Shown piece after piece: positions 1 to 12,347 of a stretch of DNA of 64,000 nt. The first letter of the stretch is position 1. Every line of letters starts with the position of its first letter. The position numbers and the translations under genes were made by a program. The stretch lies in the NCBI RefSeq assembly GCF_018350175.1, contig NC_058368.1:9238001-9302000 (forward strand), in the 5' to 3' direction. Below the pieces are notes generated by a model. It made no database searches. It saw only the letters and a program-made list of their open reading frames with translations, and was not told the DNA's origin. This DNA comes from Felis catus. Lineage: Eukaryota.

Positions 1-62
1 CAGAGTACCTTCATACTATGACCGTGCAAAGCAGGTAAAGGCGGGAGAAGCGGAACCGAGTG

Positions 63-112
63 AACCATATAACATCAAGAGGGAAAAAACCATATAAAAT
101 CAAGAGGGAAAA
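63..112. repeat. 25-bp tandem duplication
   Basis: aaccatataacatcaagagggaaaa followed by aaccatataaaatcaagagggaaaa (1 mismatch). Confidence 0.9.
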
Positions 113-359
113 AACTCCACTGTGTGAGTGTCAGAATGTCGTCGCAATGAGAGCCAGGCAGCAACTTTAAAGAAATCCAGGGTGGAGTAAGAAAGCACCA
201 TTTAATACTGTGTGCCTTTCCTTCCACGAGGCAATTTGTGTGCTTGGGAGGGATGCTGAGTTATGTCTGTCTTAGCACCATTCTTCAAACTGCAATTCCC
301 AACCCATTAGACGATCCTGCAATCAATTTAGGGTCTGAGAACCAATATTTTTAAAAACT

Positions 360-870
360 TTTTTATTGCAATACATATATATATATATGATAAATTACAC
401 AAATCTTACATGTATAGCTCAGTAAGTCTTTTCCACCCATAAAACCCATACCTTAATCAAGAGATAGAACATTTCCAGCACCCCAGGAATTTCTTCCATG
501 TGACTTGCCCATCGATACTCATGCCCTTCCAGAGACAACCACTGTTCGACTTGGATAACCAGAGGTTAGTCTTCACGACTCTCAGTTATCATGTAAGCAG
601 AATCGCACACACAACTTTACTTTTCTGCTGGCTTCTTTCATCCACACATTAGGTCCATTTTTTTTTTCCGTAGCTATATAGTATTTTATTGTATGAGTAC
701 ACTACACCTAAACAATTTTATTGGTGATGCACATTGGCCTTATTTCTGGTTTTGTGCTGTGATTTTACAGGTTGATTATATGTCCTTTGGTGGACATAAT
801 CACCCATTTTCCTTGGCTATATTCCTAGGACTGGAATTGCTTTAGTAAATATTTAGCCTTAACAAGTGCT
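360..870 (-). mobile_element. Old L1 (L1M-type) 3' fragment
   Basis: Motifs typical of reverse-strand L1M 3' ends (acacaaatctta..tgtatagctc, atcaaga.atagaacatttccagcacccca, gtattttattgtatga); boundaries approximate. Confidence 0.7.
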
Positions 871-884
871 GTCAAACATGGAGT

Positions 885-1307
885 ACGACAGCCACTGGGC
901 ATAGGCTATCCTCATGGCTATTTAAATTTAAATGTGGCTATTTAAAAAAAAAATTTTTTTTTTTAACGTTTATTTATTTTTGGGACAGAGAGAGACAGAG
1001 CATGAACGGGGGAGGAGCAGAGAGAGAGGGAGACACGGAATCGGAAACAGGCTCCAGGCTCTGAGCCATCAGCCCAGAGCCCGACGCGGGGCTCGAACTC
1101 ACGGACCGCGAGATCGTGACCTGGCTGAAGTCGGACGCTTAACCGACTGCGCCACCCAGGCACCCCTAAATGTGGCTATTTAAATTTTACTTGAAATAAC
1201 ATGTAAATTTCAGCTCTTCAGCCACACCAGCCATTCCAAGTGCTCAATAGCCACGTGTGGCCAGTGGCCACCATATGGACAGTGTAGATACAGAACATTG
1301 CCATCAT
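885..1307. mobile_element. MER33-like hAT-Charlie DNA transposon, interrupted by a SINE
   Basis: caagtgctcaatagccacgtgtggccagtggccacc.tatggacagtgtagatacagaacatt resembles the MER33/MER3 consensus. Confidence 0.7.
947..1166 (-). mobile_element. Young CAN-SINE (SINEC_Fc type)
   Basis: Full tRNA-derived head, (CT)n and A tail; TSD TAAATGTGGCTATTTAAA at 929-946 and 1167-1184. Confidence 0.97.
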
Positions 1308-1616
1308 GTTCCCTCTTTGATGTTTCAGACTGCCAGCACTTTTTCAAAATAAATGAAATCAGAAAGTGTCAGAGTACATTCTATAGAGTAAGGGTAACTA
1401 CTGTTTCGTGGGTCTTTTGTTTCCATACATATGCATGTGGATGCATGTAGTTGGTCATAGCATAAAATGTATTTCTCATTGTATGTCACGGTAAAGCCTC
1501 TGAAAAAGACAGGTTCTTTTCTCTGGGTAGAGAGGTGGAGAGCAGAAAAGGAAAGGAATATTGTTAGGGGAAGGATAAATATGGCCTTTTGTGGACCCGA
1601 TGGGATTAAAACAAAA

Positions 1617-1819
1617 TTTTTTTTTAACATTTATTTGGTTTTGAGAGACAGAGAGAGACAGAGCACAAGCAGGGGAGGGGCAGAGACACAGATCCGAAGC
1701 AGGCTCCAGGCTTTGAGCTGTCGGCACAGAGCCCGATGCAGGGCTGGAACCCACGAACCGTGAGATCATGACTGGAGCTGAAGGCGGACGCTTAACCGAC
1801 TGAGCCACCCGGGCGCCCC
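1617..1819 (-). mobile_element. CAN-SINE
   Basis: Reverse complement of the ggggcgcc..gggtggctcagtcggttaag head plus body and tail. Confidence 0.95.
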
Positions 1820-3739
1820 CCAAATGGGATTTTTGTAAACCTAATGCTTCTTGGTATTTTGTGCGAGATCACATAGAGCACAAATTAATTGCTATAGGTT
1901 CATATAGCTGTCCTGGAGCTTTATTCTTCTAAATGAGTAGGAGAGACCAGTGCTGTATAGCTATGGATGTTCCCAGCTTTCCGTACCCAGCCCAGCCCAT
2001 CGCATCTACCCTCTCCGTGACAGTTTCCTGGCCTGCGTGGGGCCGGCTCAGAGGATTACTACAGTGATCCACTGGGCACATCCAGGATGTTATGAAATAC
2101 CAGTTACCCAGAAGAGAACTGCCTCTGGAAAATCAATATCAATGATCAGTGAAATGTCAAATTAGCTTTGCAGGCTTTCAAACTCCCATTGTGTGCCATG
2201 TGGTCACCTCGTCTCTGGGTAGTCAAGTGCATTGCAGATGTACTTTGAAAGCTCATTAAATATAAACAGTACCCCAAATAATTTTGAATGTACAAGATGT
2301 TCTCAACAGGAAATTATTTCCTTAATCAGTGAACAGTAACTCTTGCATAGTTGTAACCGTGGAAAGTATTCAACAGAGACAGAAACGGATAGAAAATGAA
2401 GCTGTTTTCCGCAAGTATTCTGAGCAAAGTTACACAAAACTCTTGTAAATTCCAGCATGCTTACATGGAGAGTGGCGAATTCCAGTTTGGTCCCTGACAG
2501 CCCGTCTCGGGTGATGGCCCCATATGGGTTCGGGAGGTCCCGGTGGTGTGGGGCAAGCCTTCCACTCTGGGTCACCCTCAGCCCCAAAGCCCATGGGGGC
2601 CCTGAGTTGATTCCAAAAGCAGGGTTGCCGCACACGGGTCAACATGCCCTGGAGATGCTGGGTTACACCGGAGACGGACGGCATCATCCTTTATGAGCGC
2701 ATGTTGTGAAGGTCAGCCTAACCGAACGGACTACGAGGATTTGGTTTCAGGACCTTTCCTCATCCCCGACATTTTCCTCCTCTTCAAGAATATTGATAGC
2801 TAAGCCTTTCTTTGACAGACGTGTTCTTGAAGAGTCATGTCCATTAAATCTGGATGCACTGAATCGTGGTTCCTCTTCTCTAACACTCCAGTCTCCATTT
2901 TATAAATGCTCATTCTCGCCCGCTCTCCAGTGAGGAGCGTCTTCCGACAGTTAAACTTCTCAGCCTGCCTCCCTCTCCGGTCACAGAAGGGATCGTAAAG
3001 AACCCCGTGCAAGTGTTGGGAGGGCAGCAGGATGCTACAATTTAAAAGCATCCCAGCGATCCTTTTGGAAAATGGAGACGCTTACCGTTTATTATTTCGT
3101 GAGTTCAGGTTTTCACAAGTAGGTTTCTCTGAAATGAGGCATGCCTGTATCATTAATCTCAATCTGTTCTCCTGTGGTGTTCCATTGTCCCCAGGTCACA
3201 CAGAACTGGTGAACACCACATTTTATTGAGCTCCTGTTCATAGTGCTTAGTTAGGAATTAAGTATTATTGACTCAGGATATAATCTAAATTCAAGGGCCG
3301 AGCCTACATTTTAAGACTCCCGGCATCCGACAGGATACATCAAAGATAGGAAGTACATTGCAGCAGATTCATTGTGGTTGCCTTTCTTAAGGCCAGCACA
3401 GATATCCCTCATGCATTGTAGCATTCCTTGGCCCTGGGCTCACGTCTGGCCTCTGACTCTTTCTCAACACAGCAGGCCAGGAACCAACTAACAGATAATC
3501 AAAATTCGTGAGATGAAAATTACTTGCCAGCTCTGGAATCCATCGTTCATCGGTGAATTCCGCTTTAATTAATCTTAGGCTGATAAGAAATCCCAGAGAT
3601 GTGGTCATTAGTTTAGACTGCTTTGTCTGAGCCCCGGCCAGAGCGTATTTACAGAACAGAGAATCATGTGTTCGTCGGCCAAATGACTCATCACGTTCCA
3701 CCCTTTCCCTGTAGGCATATCAGAGGGGCACAAGGGAAT

Positions 3740-3944
3740 GTGAATTCAAATCCCGGTCTTGGGCCTTCCTTGTTGTATAACCTTGAACGGATTATTTAAC
3801 CTCTCTGGACTTCAGTTTCCATAACTGTAAAGTGGGATAATGACGTCTACCTCAGAGCGTTGTTGCGAGGTCACGTGAGAAATTGTTAGCATAATACCTA
3901 GTCCATTGCAAGCGCCCAGTTAAGTGGTCGTAATTATATTATTT
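3740..3944 (+). mobile_element. MIR SINE
   Basis: MIR core ttatttaacctctctggacttcagtttcc..ctgtaaagtgggataat..tacctcagagcgttgttgcgagg. Confidence 0.85.
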
Positions 3945-5143
3945 TCAACCGCTGGGACTAGTTGTAGGTACTAAGTTCTCCTGTGGTGAGATTCGAATAA
4001 AGACGTGCGCTGGTAGCTGGAAGCACGACCTCGAGCCTCCAGCTGAAACCTACGAGGAGGATGTCCATCGTATAAGGCAACTAAAGCGACTTCGGTTGGA
4101 TTGTTTTGCACTCTCTGCCCCAAACATGGCTATTTGGACAGAGTCCAAAATCAAGCCCTTAGGAGGCCATCAGGTAAGGAGCCAGCTGCCACTGCATAGC
4201 TTTCTTAACCTCGCAGCCACACCCCTTCGGACGGAGGAGGAGAAAACACATGAGACACAGCTGATTCTGCAGCAGAACAAGTCCTTTTGAGCCGGGGGGA
4301 GATCGATCGGCGTGGCTCACATCACAGGCAGCCTTGCTTCCCACACAACTGTGCCTGGCCTGTTCAATTTGATAGGAGGGCTGGTTTGTAGAATTACTAC
4401 TTTCTCGACCTAGGATGGTACAGCAAGGAGGAAAGAAGACAGGATGAAAAGAGAGAATGAGCGGATGTCATTGTAGGTGGAAAGCGTTTGTTCTAAGTGA
4501 GTCACGTGGCTCTGGCCACCTATCAAGTGACATCTCTGAGAGCCATTTAGGATTCCCAGAATACCTTTTGGCAAACTTCCGCTGGGCCACGAGGGCTGGC
4601 CTATAGCCATTCCATAAAAGCACAATCTGATCGGAGGACATCAGCAAGAAAAGGTAGAGATATTTTTAATTCGGGTCCTTTGACTTCATTCTAGAAGGAA
4701 GTTGGAAAAAAAACCCGCTTCAGATCAATACCATATTGGATTGAGAATATTGTCTGACATGTCGCATAGTGTCTGACATTTTAAGAGAGCAATATTACCG
4801 AATCTCACAGAAATAAACACTGCAGCTGCCCCCTAATCGGGCGTTCAGTGCAACAAAACAACTTTTGGAAAGCCCTGGCCACGGGGGAGAGGACTGCCTC
4901 CCATACTGTGCCTCTCGAGAACGGTGAGCTCCCTCCATGTGCCATCCGTGTCCCGTTTACGTGAAATACTTGTTAGTGATTCCTCCCCACCCTACTGTAA
5001 CCCACCCAGACGCAAGGCCACTGGTCCTCAAACTTCAGTGCCCATGGGATCATGTGGAGGGCTTGTGACAGCACAGATTGCTGGGCCCACCCCCCACGAC
5101 TGTACTTCAATAGTCCTGGGGTTGAGTCTGAGAATTTGCATTT

Positions 5144-5246
5144 TTAAAAATTATCTGTCTATCTATTTTGAGAGAGAGAGACAGAGAGAGACAGAGCATG
5201 AGCAGGGGAGGGGCAGAGAGAGAGGGAGACACAGAATCCGAAGCAG
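5144..5246 (-). mobile_element. 5'-truncated CAN-SINE
   Basis: Only the 3' half is present; outer TSD TGAGAATTTGCATTT at 5129-5143 and 5495-5509. Confidence 0.85.
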
Positions 5247-5260
5247 TTTTGTTTTGTTTT

Positions 5261-5475
5261 ATTTTTTTTTTAACGTTTTATTTCTTTTTGAGACACAGAG
5301 AGACAGAGCATGAATGGGGGAGGGGCAGAGACAGAGGGAGACACAGAATCAGAAGCAGGCTCCAGGCTCTGAGCCATCAGCCCAGAGCCCGATGCGGGGC
5401 TCGAACTCACGGACTGCGAGATCGTGACCTGAGCTGAAGTCGGACGCTCAACCGACTGAGCCACCCAGGCGCCCC
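5261..5475 (-). mobile_element. CAN-SINE
   Basis: Full length, inserted in a (GTTTT)n tract that is present on both sides. Confidence 0.97.
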
Positions 5476-5693
5476 TTGTTTTGTTTTGTTTTAATGAGAA
5501 TTTGCATTTCTAACAAGATCTCAGATGATGCTGATGATGCTGGTTCTGCGTCGGCACTTTGAGAATCTCTGCTTTAAGGACTTGGGCACACACACGGCTT
5601 GTGTTAATAATTGTTGCATGAATGAATGAGTGAGTGAGTGAGGAATGAATGAATGGATGGATAAAAGTCTTCCTTAGCAGCATCTTTAATATC

Positions 5694-5909
5694 CTCAGGA
5701 TTAATGTTTCTGCCTATAGGTATATCTTCTACAAAACATACTTCCTACAGTAAGGGAAAGCCATTTTTCTTTTTTTTTCTCCTTGAAGACAATCTTTTTT
5801 CATCCTGCCAGGCCAAATACCCTATGATAAATAGTTTAGTCTCTCTTGCTAATACCAGGGCACATGAAGTTCTCAACTGTGAAGGTGCCAGAAGTTCTCT
5901 GGATTCAAA
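5694..5909 (+). repeat. Diverged direct repeat, copy 1 (copy 2 at 6458-6680)
   Basis: About 80% identity over the 116-bp core by hand alignment. Confidence 0.85.
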
Positions 5910-6457
5910 GTGTGTCTATCCAGATGGACGGATTGGGGAGCCAGACTCTTCATCGCTTTCTCTGCTCTAAAAATTCTCAGCATTTCGTCTGAACACATCA
6001 AAGCAGGCTGGGCTTAAAGATGAAATGAGCTTGATGCCACAAACACGGTGCCAATTGGACGCCGTAACACTCCAGCCTGGAGAAGGCTGGTCTTGGGCCA
6101 TTGGCCAGCTGGGACTTCACCTGGACGGCCTGCTGCTGCTGGCCTGTCTGTTGGCCTTGGTGGGAGCATTTTTCACCCAAATTGGGCCACTCCTCATCCT
6201 TGAAAACAGTGGAACAGCAGGTTCCGTCAACTGTGGTTGTTTCCCGGCTGTCCGTAGACATGTTTCGTAGCATCAGATTCGCCCTTAGATCATTTGAACA
6301 ATTAATTATATTTCGCCATTGTAATCGGATGACATGTATCTATAGAAAATACAGGAGAGTGGATAAAAGGGGACAAAAGGGGAAATCACTCCTATTCCCA
6401 CCACCCTAAAATAACCCTGTTGACATTGACATATATATATTTAATTCAGTTTCTAGG

Positions 6458-6680
6458 CTCAGGATTATTCTTTATATAGAGATGTGATAAATATGTATTG
6501 TATCTTCAGGAAAGCACCCTTTCTACAGAAAAAGAAAGCTATTTTGTTTTTAAAGACTATCTTTTTCATTCTGCCAGGCCAACTGACCCGCAATGAGTAG
6601 GTTAGTTTCTCTTGTTAATTCCGGGGCACATAAAGTCCTCAACTGTGAAAATGCCAGAAGCTCTCTCTTCCTAGTTCAAA
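6458..6680 (+). repeat. Diverged direct repeat, copy 2
   Basis: Shared blocks tttttcat.ctgccaggccaa and gggcacat.aagt.ctcaactgtgaa..tgccagaag.tctct. Confidence 0.85.
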
Positions 6681-7625
6681 AATGATCTTTAGAAGTATAT
6701 TTGAAAGTCTCCCATTTTAAAAAGCTGATTTAGAATACGTTTACTCAGAATCACAAACTGATTTTGTATTCTACTTGTTTCATTTCAAGGAATCAATTGT
6801 ATGTATTTCCCAGTGATAATATAAACTCTTGTAGAATTACTTTTAAAATCTCCCTATTACTCTTCTCATTTAGATCAGTTGTAGCCAGAAAAACAAACAA
6901 ACAAACGAACGAACGAACGAACACAAACAACACCAGAAAGCCAGAAACAATGAAACTCCAAGGGAGTGTGGAAAGCAGGATTGAATTCTGGGTAGTGCAC
7001 AACTCCATGGCTCCTCCAATGACCAGTGAAAAATAACATCATGACCGTGAAGATCAGACCCATCACTTACATACTTAATCCTGAAGCCTGATAATTAAGT
7101 TTAAAATGAAATTGACTTTGAGATCCAAGTGATCAAGTTGGGTGAGTCTTTGTCGTTGGTGCAGATCACCACATCGTCATTAGGTGTCTACATCTTTTGG
7201 GGTGGCATAAACCAAGATGAGTGAGTGTGTCCCCTGGTTTCGGTAGAGAGGTCCGATTTCCACTGGATCTGGATCCAAATCTTAAGTCCCCTACACAGGG
7301 AATAACTCTTCCTCAAATTACCCTTAAGTAGAGTGATGCCTCACCAGTTGGGCGTTGGCTAGTGCACCAGAGCCGTTAAATATGATCTTACAAATGTGAC
7401 ACGGGTCACCCTTTTGCGAAAATATGTATTATTTAATTTCCTAATACAAGAAAACCCCTAGATATATGTATTTTGGAGATGAAATACAACCTAGTAGACG
7501 AATGCCTGTGTGTGTGCACATCCAGGCTTAACCCTTTTAAAAACATAGAATGAATATGCATCCCCCAAACTTTACAAAAGTAAAGAATGTCAAGGGCAAT
7601 CATCCTATCAAAATAAAGTCGCCAT

Positions 7626-7812
7626 GGGGCGACGGGGTGGCTCAGCCACCCAGTCTGAGAGTCTGACTTCAGCTCGGGTCATGATCTCGCGGTTTGCGAG
7701 TTCGAGCCCAGCATCTGTCAGCACAGAGCCTGCTTTGGATCCTCTGTCCCTCCCTCTCTCTGCTCCTCCACCCCCCGCCCCCCGTAAATAAACATTTAAA
7801 AAAATACTTGAA
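7626..7812 (+). mobile_element. CAN-SINE (older)
   Basis: ggggc..gggtggctcag head, B-box gagttcgagccc, taaataaacatt tail. Confidence 0.92.
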
Positions 7813-7884
7813 ACAAAAAAGTTGCCGTGGAAACCAAAAAGTGTTCCCCTGACACGTAAAGGATCTACTAAAGCTTGTTCCACT

Positions 7885-8393
7885 TACGTGGCCTTTGCGC
7901 CCGATGACCGTGGCGCCATGGGCTGGGTGGCTCACGCGACAGAAATCTGTTCTCTCACAGTTCTGGCAGCCAGAGGTCTGAAATCAAGGTGTTGCTCCTG
8001 GGATGACACGGGGTTCCCTTCAACAGGAATGGCAGGTTTGGTTCCTTCTGGAGCCTCTGAGGAGGAATTCATTCTACGCCCCGTTTTCTAGCTTCTGGAG
8101 GTTGCCAACGACCTTTGCTCTTCCTCAGCTTGTAGACGCGTCGCCCTGATGCCCTGATCGCTGCCTCATCTGCCTCCACTGTCACATGGCCTTCTCTCTG
8201 CCTGTGTCTGTGTCCAGATTGCCCTCTCCTTATAAAGACACCGGCGATCAGATGAAGGTCCGCTTTAATGCCACATGACCTCACCTTAACTTGATTATAC
8301 CTGCAAAGATTCTAGCTCCAAAAAAACATCACGTTTACAGGTCCCTGGGGTTAGAACTTGAGCATATCTTTTGGGGGATACAATTCAACCCCA
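7885..8393 (-). mobile_element. MaLR LTR (MLT1B/C-like)
   Basis: ctctcacagttctgg..agaggtctgaaatcaaggtgt..ctagcttctgg..ggttagaacttgagcatatcttttgggggatacaattcaaccc. Confidence 0.85.
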
Positions 8394-9062
8394 AATGACT
8401 CCTTACTATACCCAGCCATCAAAGGCTATATAGCAGATGGAATGGGGCAAAGCTGATTTCTAAGCAGGTGACGGTCACTTTAAAAATCAGAGGCTAACAG
8501 ACCCTTGCGGAGGGGCCAGCCCTGCTTGGGGAGGAGACACACACAGCGCTCGCTGTTCATCCAGAGCGTTCCCAGCACGCCCTGCCACCTTCCCCAATCT
8601 TTGAGCCGACGCAGAAGCAATGCTAGCGAACACTATGAGAATGAAGAAGAAAACCAAACACATACCTTTTCAAAACTGTAAGCAAATGATGTTTTCCCAG
8701 ACTCACCCATTGGTCCTTATTCTGATCTCTCCTTAACTACAATGGGTTGCTCCTTCAAACTTAGACCTTAACCCCCGCTGGACTGGTGACTGTTCCCAAA
8801 CACATTTCACACATATTCCACCTTCCCCGGGAGTGGCAAACCCAGATCAAACCGTGTGACAAATACGAGGCAAAATTCCCATAGCAGTCCCAACGGAACA
8901 GGTTTACATTAATCCTACACTCTGACTTTGTCCCAGACCGCTATCTAAAAGACCCTAGAAGCTCATATTGACTGAATCTACTTTACATTTGGATTTCTTA
9001 ATTTTTTTATATATTAAAAAAATTTTTTTTTATGTTTTATGACACTTCTCTGGCATATTCTT

Positions 9063-9288
9063 ATTTTTTTTAAATTTTTTTTTTACATGTTTATTTATTT
9101 TTGAGAGAGACAGAGACAGAATGAGAGTGGGTTAGGGGCAGAGAGAGAGGGAGACACAGAATCCGAAGCAGGCTCCGGGCTCCGAGCTGTCAGCACAGAG
9201 CCTGATGCGGGGCTCGAACTCAGGAGCTGTGAGATCATGACCTGAGCCAAAGTCGGATGCTCAACCGACTGAGCCACCCAGGCGCCCC
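9063..9288 (-). mobile_element. CAN-SINE
   Basis: Full length; TSD TGGCATATTCTT. Confidence 0.97.
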
Positions 9289-9300
9289 TGGCATATTCTT

Positions 9301-9534
9301 TTTTTTTTTTTTTTTTTTTAATTTTTTTTTTCAACGTTTATTTATTTTTGGGACAGAGAGAGACAGAGCATGAACGGGGGAGGGGCAGAGAGAGAGGGAG
9401 ACACAGAATCGGAAACAGGCTCCAGGCTCTGAGCCATCAGCCCAGAGCCCGACATGGGGCTCGAACTAACGGACCGCGAGATCGTGACCTGGCTGAAGTC
9501 GGACGCTTAACCGACTGCGCCACCCAGGCGCCCC
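9301..9534 (-). mobile_element. Young CAN-SINE (SINEC_Fc type)
   Basis: Full length with a long pure A tail; same TSD TGGCATATTCTT. Confidence 0.97.
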
Positions 9535-9721
9535 TGGCATATTCTTGATGTATACAATGGAGAGTATGTTTTGGTCTCACTCTCATCTCACTAGTTCCAT
9601 GTTATCTAACATAAATAGGTATGTCTGGGAGGTGGTGGGTGGACGCTTAGTAATTAGCTTCTGATGGAGATTGATCTGGAGAATAATAGTCGCGATCCTT
9701 TAAAAAACGTCCCCCAAAGAG

Positions 9722-9930
9722 GGGGCGCCTGGGTGGCTCAGTCAGTTAAGCGTCTGACTCTTGATCTCAGCTCAGGTCATGATCTCACGGTCTGTGGGTT
9801 TGAGCCCCACATCGGGTTCTGCGCTGATGGCACGGAGCCTGCTTGGAATTCTTTCTCCCTCTCTCTCTGCCCTACCCCACTTGTGAGCTCGCTCTCTCAA
9901 AATAAATAAACGTAAAAAACAAAACAAAAC
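9722..9930 (+). mobile_element. CAN-SINE
   Basis: TSD AAAAACGTCCCCCAAAGAG on both sides. Confidence 0.97.
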
Positions 9931-12347
9931 AAAAACGTCCCCCAAAGAGAGAGGCCTTTCTACAAGCTGTGCGGCATGAGCCTAAATCACCTGCCTTTCT
10001 GCTAACTCGTAGAGATACACCTTCCTGCATTCTCGAATCTGAACCGTGAGCAAGAACAGCCCCGGCAGCTGTCCTCTCTCTCGCTTCCAGAGCTGTGGTC
10101 AAAAGGTAGCGGAAAAAAGCACACCCAGGCTTATGACACCATGACTGAGGACCTAAGTGTAAAAAGTGGGGGGATATTTCTTCAAGCTAATATACCCGAC
10201 ACCCTGAACTGTCAGAGTAAAACAAACAAAAATGGCTTCAGGTGAAAAAATAAATAAATTCTCAGAATCTGCATATGCCTAAAGGCTTCAAGCTCAGTAT
10301 GTACGATCAGAAGAAAATTTCCCCGGGGAAATCAATATCTTTATTGGTACTACCTCTGAGCCAGTCAGAATTGTTAAACGAGAAAATAAACTGGCAACCT
10401 TGTCCAAATGCTTCCTGCTAGGGGATGCGCGTGATCGAGTTATGTAGAGAGACTATCAATCATATATTTATTTGGCTTATCGGGATCAAATCTAGCGTTT
10501 GGGGTAAATCAGAGTGACATCATGACCCCCAGAGTTCCATGATTGAGATGATTAAGTCACCCCCATCCTTGGGGGGGGGTTTCTGAGTCGCCTCCATGAG
10601 ATTGAAGCCCGTTTCGCATTCAGCGCGACACATTCCCCCCTTGGAACAAGGCCGGGAACAAACATACGTTTAAATGGTTGGCCCGGTGTTCAAACGTGGG
10701 GCAGCCAAAACCCGCAAAGCAAAGAATGCACAGAGAGGAGCAGCGTGAACACCTTTAGTTGGCCCAGCCTTGGGAAGTGAGGTCCCAGGAAGGGAGGGAG
10801 GCTGTGGTGGGTGGGGACCCGGAGCCAGGCCCCTCCCCGCGGGGGCGCCAGGCAGGGGCTCCCCTCCCCCACCGCAGGCCCTCCCACCGGGTCACAAACC
10901 GGCCGACTTTCCAAGGGGAGGCGATGCTTTTGTGCTTCCCCAGCACAGCATCCTGAGGGAGGACGGAGGCAGGTGGCCTTTCACATTAGATTCTGTGGCC
11001 TGATGAATGACCACTTGCCCCGACTTCCGTTCATGTTTCCTCATTACCTTCTTTGTGCTCGCCACGGATTTGCTCTGGGTGAACCCGTGGGGCGTCGGGC
11101 TGGGAGTTTGTCAGGGCTAGTGGTCGCAAAGCGGAGCGAGGGGAGAAGTCAAGCCCCCTGTCCTGCTGGTGCAGGACTGGCAAGGGACATGAGCTTTGTC
11201 ATCAAGGGGAGCACCGCGTCTCTTAGAGCTTTAGGGATCCGTGTCTAGCTATGGGCCAAGGTGCGAGGCCAGATTCATCTGTAACGTCCTCATTTCTTCC
11301 TGGCCCCCTCTTCTGTCTTAGTGACCCTTGACTACTACCATTGCCCTCGGCTACGCCCAGTTTGGTTATCTCCAAACTGTAGCATAAATCCCTGCAGCCT
11401 TCCACATTCCAGCCTTTTCCTGATTCCCTGGCCCTATTAAAACGTGCTTCCTCTGCTGTCCGGTAGTAGGGTTTTGCGTTGTCTCCGTGTTATGACATAG
11501 GCATGCTTCGTGGGGGCTCTTCGTTCTTGGGAGGTGGGCATGGGGGAGAGAAGGGCATTCTACCTTCTGTGTGCTTTGTGAGATCTTTATATATAATAGA
11601 TCAGTGAGTAGCTTTGAGCTTCCTGGGAGGCAGAGACTATGAGCCTCATACTCCAGAAAAGATTCACAGAGGTCAAGAAACTTGCTGAAAATCTCGCAGC
11701 CAGTCCAGAGTGGACCTGGGATTCTAGCTCAGTTGGTTCAGAATAATCTGTGCTCTTTTCCCTACCTGGACGAGCCGCGGGCCGGTGGGCTCACGGCTGG
11801 CCCAGAGGGCCTTTTGCAGGCCCCCGTTTCACACCGTGGGCTGCCCGCTGATACGGTGCAACATCTCCAGGCCACTGGAGAGGCGGCGAAGTCCCCGACC
11901 CTGAATCTTCACCTGCTTCCCTCAAGTAGCTACTGGTAACTGCCTTTGCTCCCTCTCGGGAGCCTTCAAGTATCACGAGTGTGGGGTTTATGTCCCTCGT
12001 GCCTGGCACATGCTTGAGGAATAAAGTAAATCCGATGGGGATGATGCATTGCTATGAAATGTGCTGGCCCGTGGGCTGGTTCTGGGAAGAGGACCTAGAT
12101 CGGTGGCCTTGTCACCGGAAGAAGATTGGGCTCTATTCTGTCACTGTAACCAACATGTGAACGGGACCTCTCCGAGCAGCACGGTCAGATCAGAAACATG
12201 GCGTGACTTGAGGGGCGATCGCGTCCTTATTTCTGTAGACTAAACAGCCTGGAGAGTTAAAAGAGGAAGTGAAAACACATCTGTTAGGTTGACGATGCAA
12301 GGGCTACAAATTTAAAAAGAAACATCATTTAAAATGTGAAAAGTCTG

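Larger units (their letters stand above)
5019..5571. mobile_element. MER5A-like DNA transposon hosting two SINE insertions
   Basis: cactggtcctcaaactt..ggagggcttgt..cacagattgctgggccc..gagaatttgcatttctaacaag..gatgctgatg..cactttgagaa. Confidence 0.85.

Noticed and set aside
932..1183. Recurring ORFs such as ..APGWRSRLSVRLQPGHDLAV.. and ..ETEHERGRGRERGRH.. throughout the window
   Set aside because: They are translations of CAN-SINEs on either strand, not a gene family.
3086..3128. Minus-strand 43-bp microexon candidate (tttcAG..cg|GTAAG; one open frame, KPTCENLNSRNNK)
   Set aside because: No recognisable protein or partner exons; such splice-site pairs are common by chance.
6025..6270. 81-aa ORF with a hydrophobic stretch (LLLLACLLALVGAFF)
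   Set aside because: Short, no recognisable homologue, and the hydrophobic run partly derives from a small CTG repeat.
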